64,000 nt of DNA, taken from Chrysomallon squamiferum (Eukaryota > Animalia > Mollusca). Below are positions 28,901 through 40,333 of the stretch, piece by piece. The first letter of the stretch is position 1. Each line of letters begins with the position of its first letter. The DNA lies in the NCBI GenBank assembly GCA_012295275.1, contig CM022672.1:372001-436000 (forward strand), written 5' to 3'. The translations under genes and the position numbers were made by a program. A model generated the notes under the pieces. The model had not been told where the DNA came from and did not search any database. It saw nothing but the letters and a program-made list of their open reading frames with translations.

Positions 28901-31900
28901 TAAATTTTTCCATGTAACTGTTTCAATCCTCTAAAATGATCCTAAACTAACAAGGAAATGATGATTTGGGTGTAGTGATTATAGTAATGACATGAGGAAC
29001 AAATGGGGGTGAATACTAAACTCACCAATATGAAAAACCAAAAAAAAAAAAACTATATAAAAAATAGATTCAAATTAGAAATTTTAGGTAAGATTTCAAA
29101 ATATAAATATGTAATAATACTAAATTTTACTTACTACAAATAAACATATCACTTATAGAAATTCTGCTGTTATTTGGTTACTAGTTTGAAATATCTACAC
29201 GAAAACATTTCAAGTGGAGACCAGTTTTTTTATTTAATATCTGCCCGTCTTGACACTAAAATAACACAAAACAGTTACTCTAGCAACACTCAGGGCAATA
29301 CCAAACTCACCATTCATTTAGTATTTTTACAGAATTCCAAAATAATCTGATCCATAATGAATATCTGTATGTGTCAATGCTTTTAAAGTTATTTTATGAT
29401 GTAGGAAGAAAAAATTGAATTTTCATATATCTACAGATTTTTCAATATGTCAGCTAATTTCACTTGTTTACAGATATTTCAATATCTCAGCTGATTTAAC
29501 CTGTTTACAGATTTTTGAGTATGTCAGCTGGTTTTTAGTCTGCAATGTCTACAAAAACATGGCAAGTGGAGACAGCTTTTTTTGTCTGTGCCCGTCTTGA
29601 CACTGAAGTAACACTACAGCTACACCAGCAACACTCGGGGCCAACACAACTCTAAAAGAAGTCACTGTATACAATTCTTACTTCTTGTTATTTTTAACTC
29701 CTCATCAACATTAACAATCGTATTTCAAACTTATGAAGCTAAAAGCAAGTCTAAAACATTAAATTGCTTCATTACACATGAAAGACTTTTACCGATTGCA
29801 AATTAATAATAATTTTAGATGTTCTTCATGTTTTACTTCGTTACTAGACAGAAATATCTAAACTAGCAACATCTAGGGCATATTAACAAAATAACATTAT
29901 TAGATATGTAATGTATCCATATTTCATACATGGTGTGTATGTATATGTAAATTTACAAACGTGTATGGATGGATATACAAGGTGTATTTTCTTCAAGCAG
30001 TTACATTTAATATCTAAACACATTTTTAAGAAAACACCATAAATAGAATACATTTATTTATTATTACTTTTTTTTTTTACATTATTCTGAGACAAACCAA
30101 ATATCAAATTTTAAAACTGTTATGCCTGACACATTTAAAGCACTTGTTTAATAAGTTTGTTTCATCACAATTTAAAGCCTGTTTTCTTTATTGTATGTTG
30201 GGTTTTCATATGCCCTTGCCAAACATTTGACAGGACTGCCAACTAGTTTATATTAGTCCCTGCAGACAGTTGAGATAAAATATCTCATAGTGTAAATGAG
30301 TACAAAACTATATATTATGAACATTGCACATGCTTTTTAAACAAAACTCAGGTATAACACACACAGTACATCATAATGTTTGCTTTTACAAAAACACATT
30401 AAACACACACCTTTACAGACAGATAAACACTATGGATAATTAATTAAAGAAAAATTCCTCATATAATACAATATACTGAATACAAAATTTACAATTTTCT
30501 TAAAAACATCCCTATACTATATACTGTAAATCCAAAACATTGTATATTTTGTATAACAGTTTTTTTTTTTTTTTTTAAATACTATGTAGAAGTTTCAAAA
30601 AAAATAAATAAATAAATAAATAAATAAAAATATAACAACTTTGGCAAAATAAAATTCTTTCTTTAAACAAAGAATCATTATATCTGAAACACAGAACTGT
30701 ATTGACAAAACATCCCTGTAATTCAAACTGTAGTAAGGTCTGTATTTGTCATATGGTTACTAGTTTGAAATATATACAAAAATATTTCAAGTGGAGACCA
30801 ATTTTTTTTATCTCTGCCCATCCTGACACTAAAATAACACAAAACAGTTACACTAGCAACACTCAGGGCAAGAACAAAGTGACTGCTATAGAATCTATCA
30901 CAAATCAGCTACTTTTATCAACTGTGCCATTTATTCATCTCTATGAGGAAGCATTTCATTTGGTCATATATGTATGTGTGTGTGCATTGTTAAAAGAAGT
31001 TTTAAAATAACCCTGTGTAATAATCCATTTTCACCTCCCCATGTTTAATGAAACTAAATACTTAGTGTTAAGCTTTTACCAAGATCAAATGAAACAAGTT
31101 CTTAAATAAATTCAGGCAAAAGCCAAAGTTTTAAAAATATTGTATGTTTACTTTCCTGGCTGTTATTTAGTACTGAAGACAGAAAATAAATGTTTTCATC
31201 TAAAACATGTGTTATCTGTATGTTGGGTTTTCATATGCCAATGCCATATATCTGACAGGACATGCAGACTGCCAACTAGTTTATATCAGTCCCTGGAGAC
31301 AGGTGAGATAAATAATATCTCATCTCACAATATCAGGGACATGTATTGATAGTGAAATCATCCACAGAAAAAAATCACTGGTATTTAAACAATATATATA
31401 TTTTTTTTAACTACAATCTGAGTTTTTGATTCTCAGATTTCCTTGTCACTGTAAGATTATGTTGTATGAACAGTTAACTACCTACAAATCACTTTAATCT
31501 AAACTTGCCTCCTACTTCAGGCAGAGATGCTGGAGAGGGAAATAAAGTAAAAATACATGCGTAAATAAAACCTGCCTCGTATTCTGATTTCCTCGCCTCT
31601 CTCAGACGACTGATAAACTCATCTTTGTCCACTTTCATCCTGTTCAGTCTCTTCTGAGTGATCAGTGCATACTCCCGTTCTTTTTCCAACGCCTCAATCT
31701 GTAAATCAGTGTTTAAAACAACTTCACATGTCACTAGTGTTTATGTGTGCAATGTTATTTTATCTTATTCATAAATCAGTATTTACACATCAAATGTCCT
31801 ATCAATGAATGTTTCAAATTATTTAAAATAAATAAATATATATATAAATAATATTTAAAATTTTGCAATACTGAACACAATGGTTAAAAATATTTCTAAC

Positions 31901-34900
31901 AGATGTCTACAAATATAAAAAATTCTTCTTACTCTTTCCAGTTCATGCCGTTCCCAGAATTCTCTAGCTCTGATGTCATCATCTTCAAACTGTTTTTCCA
32001 GAAGTGGAATCTCAAGCAGACGTCTTGCTCTCTGGAAATAATCCACCTGAAAAAAACCCCACCAAAAACTTTCTAAATTAATTCCACACTACTAAGAAAG
32101 TCAAAGAAAACATAAATAAGGTAAACAGACAATATAGATTGAAGTAAGAAAAAGGAAAGAAACACCAATTTAATGGTGTGTGTAAATAAAAAATGTTAAA
32201 AACAAAAAACTGATTGCAGTAATAGATAGATAAATAATGAAATGTTTGAATACAAACCTTTTTCTCCTGTCCTTTCAGTCTCTCTTGTAATTCTCTCTTC
32301 TCCTTCTCCAGCTGTTCTACCTGTTTCTGCATTATCTCATCTACATCCAGCTCAGCAAACTCCTGTATATCACATTTTATTTTTATAATTATACATCTAC
32401 ACTTAATTCTATGAAGTCCTGTACACAGCAAATACATTACTTTTAACAGAAATTATAAGTCCACAAATATATTACTTTAATAACATATTTAACTTGAAAA
32501 ATTATAGATCAACTTCAGATATCTGCAAATGACAAATACATTAATAAAACAACTATCCATCTACATTGAACTCTTAAAACTATCACAAAATTAATTTTGG
32601 TAAAATACTATTTCTACACAGAGCTATATAAATTTCTATTTTTCAGATCATTATAAAAAGATTTTTACCTGTTTAAAATACCACACTACATCAAATCATT
32701 TAATGTTAAGACAAACAGTATCTGAAGTATAGTTACTGTTCATAACATTTTTTAATCTTCGGATGTTTTTTTTACGTATTATGTCCACTCTACACCTTTA
32801 TAAACATGAATCAATATACTTTGTTCATTTGTGACAAGAAAACTAACATTATTTAACACAAACCTCTTCATCAATATCCTTGAATATCCTCGATCCTATG
32901 TCAGTTTTGCGGAGTTGTTCAATTCTCTCTTTGACATGTTTGCGTTTTATTTCCTGGTGTTCTTGGTGTTGTCGCTGTTTCTTCCTCTCCAAGGCTTCTC
33001 GTTCAAGTCTTGCCATCTCTGCCTCATAAGCTTTCTTTCTCTGAGTCTCAGCCATCTGGCTCTCCTCTCTCTCCTGTAACACATTTGTAAAATATTTTTA
33101 CACAAATAAAATATTTTATTTTATGTTGCTGTAAACTGGTAAACAGCCAAGTCCAAAAAAAATAAAAAAATAAAACAATCCTCAAACCTTTTTAAAGATC
33201 CTGCATATTTGAATGTGCATTGTCATTTTTTTCACTTATGCATTATTTATATATTTCAGAAACTAGACATACCATCTTTCATTTCTGGTAATATTTAACT
33301 TGTAACAGTTTGAAGTTTGAAATGGGAAAACATTTGTTCAGTCAGTAAAAAAAACTCACTCTCTGGTCATTCATGTGTTCAAGCTGTTCTTTCCTGTCCT
33401 CAATGATCTGTCGTCTCATCAAGATTCTCTGGTGTTCCTTCTTACTTGTCATGCGGTAGTTGTTCACAATTGTCGCTCTCAGGTCATTTACCTCCTGAAA
33501 ACACACCAGATTTCTGATACACTGACACAACAAAGAAAAGAGTTTAAAACAATGTTTGAAAGCGTCACTTTGCAGTTAAACTTATTTTTGATACAAGTAA
33601 CACAACAAAGGTACATATCAAAGAAGATGGATGCTAAAATACAAATACAAAACCAATTACGTTGGCTTCTTTAGGAACGATGATGGAAATGGCTTGTTGC
33701 AGGGCGTGTGCCATACAGGTCAGCTGGTTTCTGATCTGTTCACTGGGCATGCTCTGTATGTACGGACCTTCAGGCACATCCTCTTTCTGAGCCACACCAA
33801 GATTTGTTCCAAAACTGATAGATTTTGTCTTGTGACATATTCGAACCTGCAAAAATATTTTATCATTATACTACACCTATAAATATTGTTAAAACGTTGA
33901 TATGTAATTCACACAGAAAAATAGTATTTTAAAAAATGTTCTCGAACATTACTTTCTGTCTATAAATACACATTATGCCGACACAGATTTAATATTTCAC
34001 AATTTGTTTTTTTTTAAAGGTCAGTGGTGTGGAAACAAGTAATACATTTTGAAATCTGGCAGTAGAATTTGTTATGTACCTGAAGTTCAAGTGTTTTTGC
34101 AGCATTCACAATAATTCTTTCCAGTCTGAACTGTGATGCAAAAGGGACCAGACTGAGTAATCGTGACATCTCAATGGCCTGATACACCTGAGACACCTGG
34201 AATATTTTTATAATTATTATACACAACATTTAGAAAGAAAACATTAAATATGACTTCACACTGGATTAACTGATGACTACCTCTCCTAAACACAAGTATG
34301 TATCTCATGTATACATTCTTTAAGTAAAGCCTGTCACCATAGTATATACAATCATGTTTATAATATTGACTTGAATGGGTTATGACAATTTCTGTTACAT
34401 TATGGAAAAAGATTTGTTATAAATGAAACAGCTGGAGTAATAAAAAGAAACTGTGATCTAATAAAATAAAATATTTTGTCTGATTTACTAAGTACAAACC
34501 TGTTTCAACACTCTGGTAATGATGATATCCTCCAAGGCTGGAACATAACAACTTAGATCTTCACTCTTTGAGATGAACTCTATGGAGGGTGTTACCCTGG
34601 CAACCAGACGTAGTGGGTGGAACTCGACTTCCAGCCAGTGATAGAGATTTTGTAACTCTGGACTGACATACTGGAGGATATTGTACTTCACCTGAAACAT
34701 TCATTTTAGAAATCAAAGACCTGCAGCAAACAAATGTGTATAAAAATGTACACAATAAGTAATTTTTCTAAAGTTTTTCTTGAGTACTGTCAGCTGGTTT
34801 TTAGTCTGCAATGTCTACAAAAACATGGCAAGTGGAGACAGCTGTTTTTGTCTGTGCCCGTCTTGACACTGAAGTAACACTACAGCTACACCAGCAACAC

Positions 34901-37900
34901 TCAGGGCAGAATGGTTTTATATTTCTTTATAACAAACTTTTATAAACACAAACACACATTTGTTATAAATAACACAGACAGACATGAAAGTGAAATCTGA
35001 AGAAGTAACATACAAAATCTGACAACTATGCATCATCTCAGGCTAAATTTGTCAACTTACTAGATCTTTGACAAGAGCTTGTCTTGTAGGTGGGGCTGGC
35101 AACATCAGCAATGTTGCAAGATGACGCTGTTTATCAATACTACTCTCATCCATGTCCAATAACTGACCAATAGAATTTCGTGAAGCAGGAATTGGAATAG
35201 CTAGAGTGGCACAGAGAACTCGTGAAGCCATTCTGTAAATATTACATTCTATATCTTGATATTCTACATCATAAATAAATTATAAATCTAATTAAATCCC
35301 TGTAAAACTTATTTTATTACTTAAAGAAATTACAAATCAATAATGAAAAGATTACTAAAAAACAAAATATATATACATTACAGTATATAAATTAACAGAA
35401 AGAACTAAATATTAACCTCTAAACCAGTTCTAATATTTGTACCAATCTGAAATGAAAAACTTTAGTCAAACATTTGCTGAAATGTCAAAAATTGTAAGAA
35501 CTCACTTCTGCAGTTCTTCTTGAGATAAATTCTTTCTCTGTTCACGAGTGAGATGGAAAACTCGATGCAGGGTGGAAGCATGGAAGAGAAAACTTCCAGA
35601 TTTCCAGAAGACTAAGCCAAGTTTCTGGTAGTAGTTGGCCATCAGCGAGGGTTTGGGCGATTTCTTTGAGAGACTGATCAGTCCATGGATGTCCTCCACT
35701 GCCTTGAATGCTTCCTGGAGTCAATTTATTTATCATATAAATACAAGTTATCATTTTAGCTTTATTAAAAAGGAGATGTTTTAATTTTGGGGAAGGCTTC
35801 TGTGAGAAAAGTTAAAAAGTCTCAGTAAATACAAATCATCAACTGATAGTGTAATTTGAATATCCTGAATATAAATATTCATATTGAAAAAATATTTTAA
35901 TAATATAATTTTATAAGATAAAACAGAAGTAAGAATCAGTTTTAAATTATAAAAGGTTATTTGTACCTGCCAGAGTTCCATGTTGATAGCATTATTGAGC
36001 TGTTCAAGTCTTGTTTCAAGATGCATGGCCTGAGACTCAGGGTTGTTCAGATTAATTGCAGTCTGCTGGTGTTGGTGTTTATGGACATGTCCAAGATGAG
36101 TTCTCAGCTAAATGAAAAAAAAAAAAAAATAAAAATAAAGGTCAATTCTGTTACATAACTCATTTGAAAATAGCAGTTAGAAAAGATAACAAAAATCTGG
36201 TGGATTAATTTGTACATTTCATATTTTGCGGTTATTTTAACAACAATTTTGAACTCACATTACTTTTTCAAAAATGCTGAAAACATTCTAAGACAAGAAA
36301 CAATTCACTCTGCTGGGACAACTGCATAAAAAAGGTCAAGGATGCTTTTGAAACATCTGAAAGTCAAGTTATTTTGTATTTGTTAAAAATAAGAACACTT
36401 ACGTTGTCACAAAGTTTTCTAAATTCTGTTTTCCTGCTGTACTTCAGACAGAACTTGAATGCTGCAAATTTTAAAAAATAATAACAATGTAAAAATTCAT
36501 TCAAGGTTATTAATCCAAGTATGGTTTCTGAGAAGCTAACAGACAAACTAATAATTAAGTTGAATTTGTAACTAACAGAATTTATTACTGAAACAAGTAC
36601 AAAGATCAGCTGTACTGAGAACACTAAAGCAGTACCTTGTTGTGCTATGTCCTGGTACAGTCTCTCAACACGCGAGTTGTTACGTAACAAGTCAAGACAC
36701 TGGCGATATGACTCCCACAGAAATTTCACCCATGGCGTCAAGATTGCTCTGTCAGTTCTGTCCTGTGCATCCTCTCCACTCACAGCCTTCAACAGCAGTC
36801 TAGAGACAACATTAAATAAACAAATTAAATTTCCAGCAGCATATATTTTTCATCATGATTGAAAAAGAAAGAAAAAAGGTTTGTCTGTAAATATAGTTAT
36901 TCACATTGTAAATATTTCTAAATTAAACCAGTTTACAAGGTGAGAAGATTTTGAAACAGAACAGTAATTTTCAAGAAGAATTTTTAAAACTAGTATCACA
37001 GATAACATTACATTTCTGGAGAGGGCACATCAAGATCGTCAATATCCACAACTGTCTGGTGTGACTGTTCTCTAGCCTGGTCAGTTTTCTCCTCAGCCAG
37101 TGCAATGTACTTTCTCACTACCTCAACTAGCGACTGAATGTTCACCTGCAGTCACAATAATTTCACTTACTGACAAATGAAAACATTTAATACAGTATCT
37201 AAGCTCACATGTACAAGTAATCTTTTTTATATTTTTATAATTAAAAAAAATTAAATAAAAAAAATATAAATTCAGTTTATGCATGCTTTACAGATTTATT
37301 TGATAATTATTACTAATCTGAATTCTCAAACCTAATGAAGAACACTGAAACATGTTGTACATAATAAAGTCTAATATTGTAAAGTAAAAATGCTTAGAAA
37401 TTTATTTGAAATATGACAGGTTACCTGCTGACAGATGTTCTTGTACTGATACAGTCCCTCCTTCGCTACGTGACTCTTTCGCAGCTCCACACATAGACCC
37501 AGATACATCTCCATGATGGGTTCGTGGATCTTCTGCCATGTGCGATGTTTCTTACTCTTGATAACATCGTAAAGCACATCAAGAGCTCGCTGCTTCTTAC
37601 CCACATCAATAAATTCTATAAGTGAAAACAAAACATTATTATTGTTTACTTTGGTAACATGCACACATTTACTAGATGTTATGTCTGGAAACTGACAGGT
37701 GTAAATAGGCAAAGATTCAAGAATTGTGTGGTGTGATGTCAGGAACTGTTACATTTTACAGATGATTTTTATCATTTCTAAAAACTAATAAACGCCTTAA
37801 TATAAACTAATAAAGTTGAAAAAAGTGGAACAATAACTTATTTGTTTCATTTTACTTTTTATATATAAATAAATCTGAAAAAAAAAAAAAAAAAAAAAAA

Positions 37901-38312
37901 CAACAGATAAATGATTTAGTTTAACTCTGCCCGCATATTGTTATAATAAGTAAATACGAATTGACTTTGGACTATGGAGACGATTCCATTTGTCATTACC
38001 CATATGCTTCGTCACGGGCTGTCTTTCCACGTCTCATTTTAGTAGCAAATTAACTTTATTAAATACTTCTGTAAATAATCATTTTGAAAATCGTTGACAG
38101 CATAACATGCAGTTCAACGCTAACGATAATGATTCCGTGTAATGCATATATTACAATCTGGAAACGTCCTATTTAAGAATCACAGAATCAAGTATGTGTA
38201 TTCCAATAAATCTCAAATAAAATCAAGCATGCACCGAGGGGTTAAAAAATAAAGATATATTACCGTTAGCCCGTTTTAGGGCGTTTTCTGGACGCTGGAA
38301 ATAAGTAGGCAT
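25964..38312 (-). CDS. EIF3A: Eukaryotic translation initiation factor 3 subunit A (about 22-24 exons; PCI domain, coiled coil, 10-aa D/R/G/P repeats)
   Basis: Starts [51 protein letters not shown]; contains [13 protein letters not shown] and [29 protein letters not shown]; [11 protein letters not shown] repeats at about 26660-27265; ends [10 protein letters not shown]. Confidence 0.97.
29165..29298 (-). ncRNA. Box H/ACA snoRNA family A, copy 1
   Basis: Two hairpins, H box ATATTA, ACA+3. Pockets GTGTT/GTCAA and CTCCAC/ACTAG are conserved while stems differ from copies 2 and 4 yet still pair. Confidence 0.75.
29432..29535. repeat. 37-bp tandem triplication whose last copy is the snoRNA 3' end (ACA box)
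   Basis: TACAGATTTTTCAATATGTCAGCTAATTTCACTTGTT-like unit x3; the third unit runs into snoRNA copy 2. Confidence 0.8.
29519..29642 (-). ncRNA. Box H/ACA snoRNA family A, copy 2
   Basis: Hairpin-AGACAA-hairpin-ACA+3; nearly identical to 34785-34909. Confidence 0.85.
30189..30300 (-). pseudogene. Decayed copy of H/ACA snoRNA family B
   Basis: Aligns to 31214-31342 but has a short deletion in hairpin 2 and lacks the 5' strand of hairpin 1. Confidence 0.65.
30744..30871 (-). ncRNA. Box H/ACA snoRNA family A, copy 3
   Basis: TGCCC..GGGCA stem, H box AGATAA, second hairpin with TTGAAATAT/ATATTTCAA upper stem, ACA+3. Confidence 0.8.
31214..31342 (-). ncRNA. Box H/ACA snoRNA family B
   Basis: GTCCCTG..CAGGGAC lower stem, TGAGATA/TATCTCA upper stem, H box ATATAA, GTTGG..CCAAC second hairpin, ACA+3; about 129 nt, sense to host gene. 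Confidence 0.75.
34785..34909 (-). ncRNA. Box H/ACA snoRNA family A, copy 4 (predicted 18S Psi1248/Psi1347-equivalent guide)
   Basis: TGCCC-TGAGTGTT-GCTGG...TCAGT-GTCAAGAC-GGGCA-C-AGACAA ... CAGCTG-TCTCCAC-TTGC...GCAG-ACTAAAAAC-CAGCTG-ACA-GTA; pocket-to-box spacing 14-15 nt. Confidence 0.88.
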
Positions 38313-38399
38313 TTTGAAGTTACATCTAGACAATAAAAATTTAAATTGATATAGCCATCAATATGCGTTTTTCAGGACGATGACTTCGGATACAAGCAC

Positions 38400-39420
38400 A
38401 TGTAACCAAGATGGCGGCAAACCTCTGCATGGATGTGACGTCAAAAACACTGAGCTTGTACATTCTGATCAGCTAGTTCTTTTTAAGACACAGACATGAT
38501 TTAAAAATAAAAAAAATTGATATTCTGATTATAAAATTAAATCTATCGTTTAAAATTAATGAAGTAGTCCATTTTTCGATATTAAAAAAGGAGGATGAAT
38601 AAAGAATATTTATAAATACTAAAATAGGAAAGTATAAGCTTTGTGCTCAGTACATTTTTTTTTATTCATATATTTATTTTTATTAATTCGAGCGAATCTG
38701 GCTATAAGTAAACTGCGCGTGATTTGTTAAATTGTTTGTTGGAGTGAACTGACATATGAAAAAAAAAAAAGAAATAGGTAAAAAAAAACTGTTTAAATAA
38801 ATGAATGCTCCATCGCCAGTTAATAACAACAGAAGTCAGGATTATTTTATTCTTTCACTCACATTCCACATGCAGGTTCAGAACGCATGACATGATGAAA
38901 TGCGGTACTCATTAAATAACACCTTATGAATAGGTATCTTTATGTCTGAAATATTTATGAAAAAGGATTAGCTGAGTGTTGAAAACACCCGCACAGTGAT
39001 GACGGTTGCAGGTTAATTCTTCCTTGATCTGTCACATTTATTTAAAATAACAAATAACAGAATATCAAAACTCGGGTTCTGGGTTTTCATTATTCCCGTT
39101 AGCAGGAAGGTCTAAGAAACAACAATTCTTTACTAGTAATGAGAGGAACCCTTGAAGTTGAATTAATCCAGTTTCTTTTTTCTTTGTTATTATCAATATC
39201 ATACAAAAGTGGTTGTCAGATTTCTACTAGTATTAACATAAATAAACATTAGTATAATGTCGTGAAAATCATAATTATTATTACAACTACCACTTGAGTA
39301 ACATATATTTTGAGTAAATAATATAATATAATATAATATAATATAATTAGAATGAAGCTAATAACTGTTTACTGGAAACTAATACTTAAGCAGGGCCGAC
39401 AATCAAAATGGCTGCGCTCT
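38400..39420. promoter_or_regulatory. Divergent promoter region of EIF3A and DENND10
   Basis: YY1 consensus CAAGATGGCGGC at 38407-38418, CRE TGACGTCA at 38436-38443, YY1-like CAAAATGGCTGC overlapping the DENND10 ATG; start codons about 1.1 kb apart. Confidence 0.65.
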
Positions 39421-40275
39421 GTAACTTGCTTGCTGCGGCTATTGTTGGTAAGATTATAAATATTATTGGTCGGCATTTGGTTGTTAAAAATATTAAATCT
39501 TTATTATATGTGATATATTTTAATTTAAACTATTATTTTTTAAAATTGTTGTTAATTTCAAATGTACAGTTCAAGATAAATTTATGACACTTTTGTTTGT
39601 TTTGCCAACTTTGTGTTCTCTATTTTAGAATACATTCGTAACATTGCCACGCCCCCTTTGGCCTTTAAATTTTTTTAATTTTTTTTTTTTTTTTTTTTTT
39701 TTAAATCGCCTTACCTAAATTATTAAGATGGTTTTAGCTACATATTCTTATAAACAAATATCATGCAAATGAGGCAGCACTTTTATTTTGTTTTCGCAAA
39801 CGTTATTCTTTAAATTACGTAATAAATAATAAAGGTCGTTTCTCCCAGACTCAACCGTTAATCATATCTAATGTTATTTATTTATTAATTAAATAAAATC
39901 CAAAACAAAGCATTAAAATTGATATAACTTTTTTCGTTATTATTTATTACAATTACCTCAACCGTATTCATTTTATGTTTGATAGAAAAAGATACAAATG
40001 GTGATGTCCTGTGGGTGTGGTCATATCCCTCAGTGACAGGTGAACAACGTGAATTTCTCACAGAAAAGACTGGACTGATAAAAGATACTGACACACAGAT
40101 TGGTTTTGTATTCACTCACTGGAAACATTCCTGGTTTTATATTCTAACTACAGACACTGATACAAGTTCATCTTTACCAAAGGTTGAGTAAATGAAAGTA
40201 ATATGTTATTCACTGATGTGTATGTGTGTTTGTGTGTATTACATCTATCTATCTATCTACACACACACACACACA

Positions 40276-40333
<58 letters not shown>

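Noticed and set aside
34325-34470. Possible further H/ACA RNA (ACAGAA box, hairpin, ACA)
   Set aside because: First hairpin is weak and no target was recognised; needs snoReport.
37975-38036. GAGACG...CGTCTC hairpin in eIF3A intron 1
   Set aside because: Only a 6-bp stem with no boxes; may be promoter-proximal sequence.
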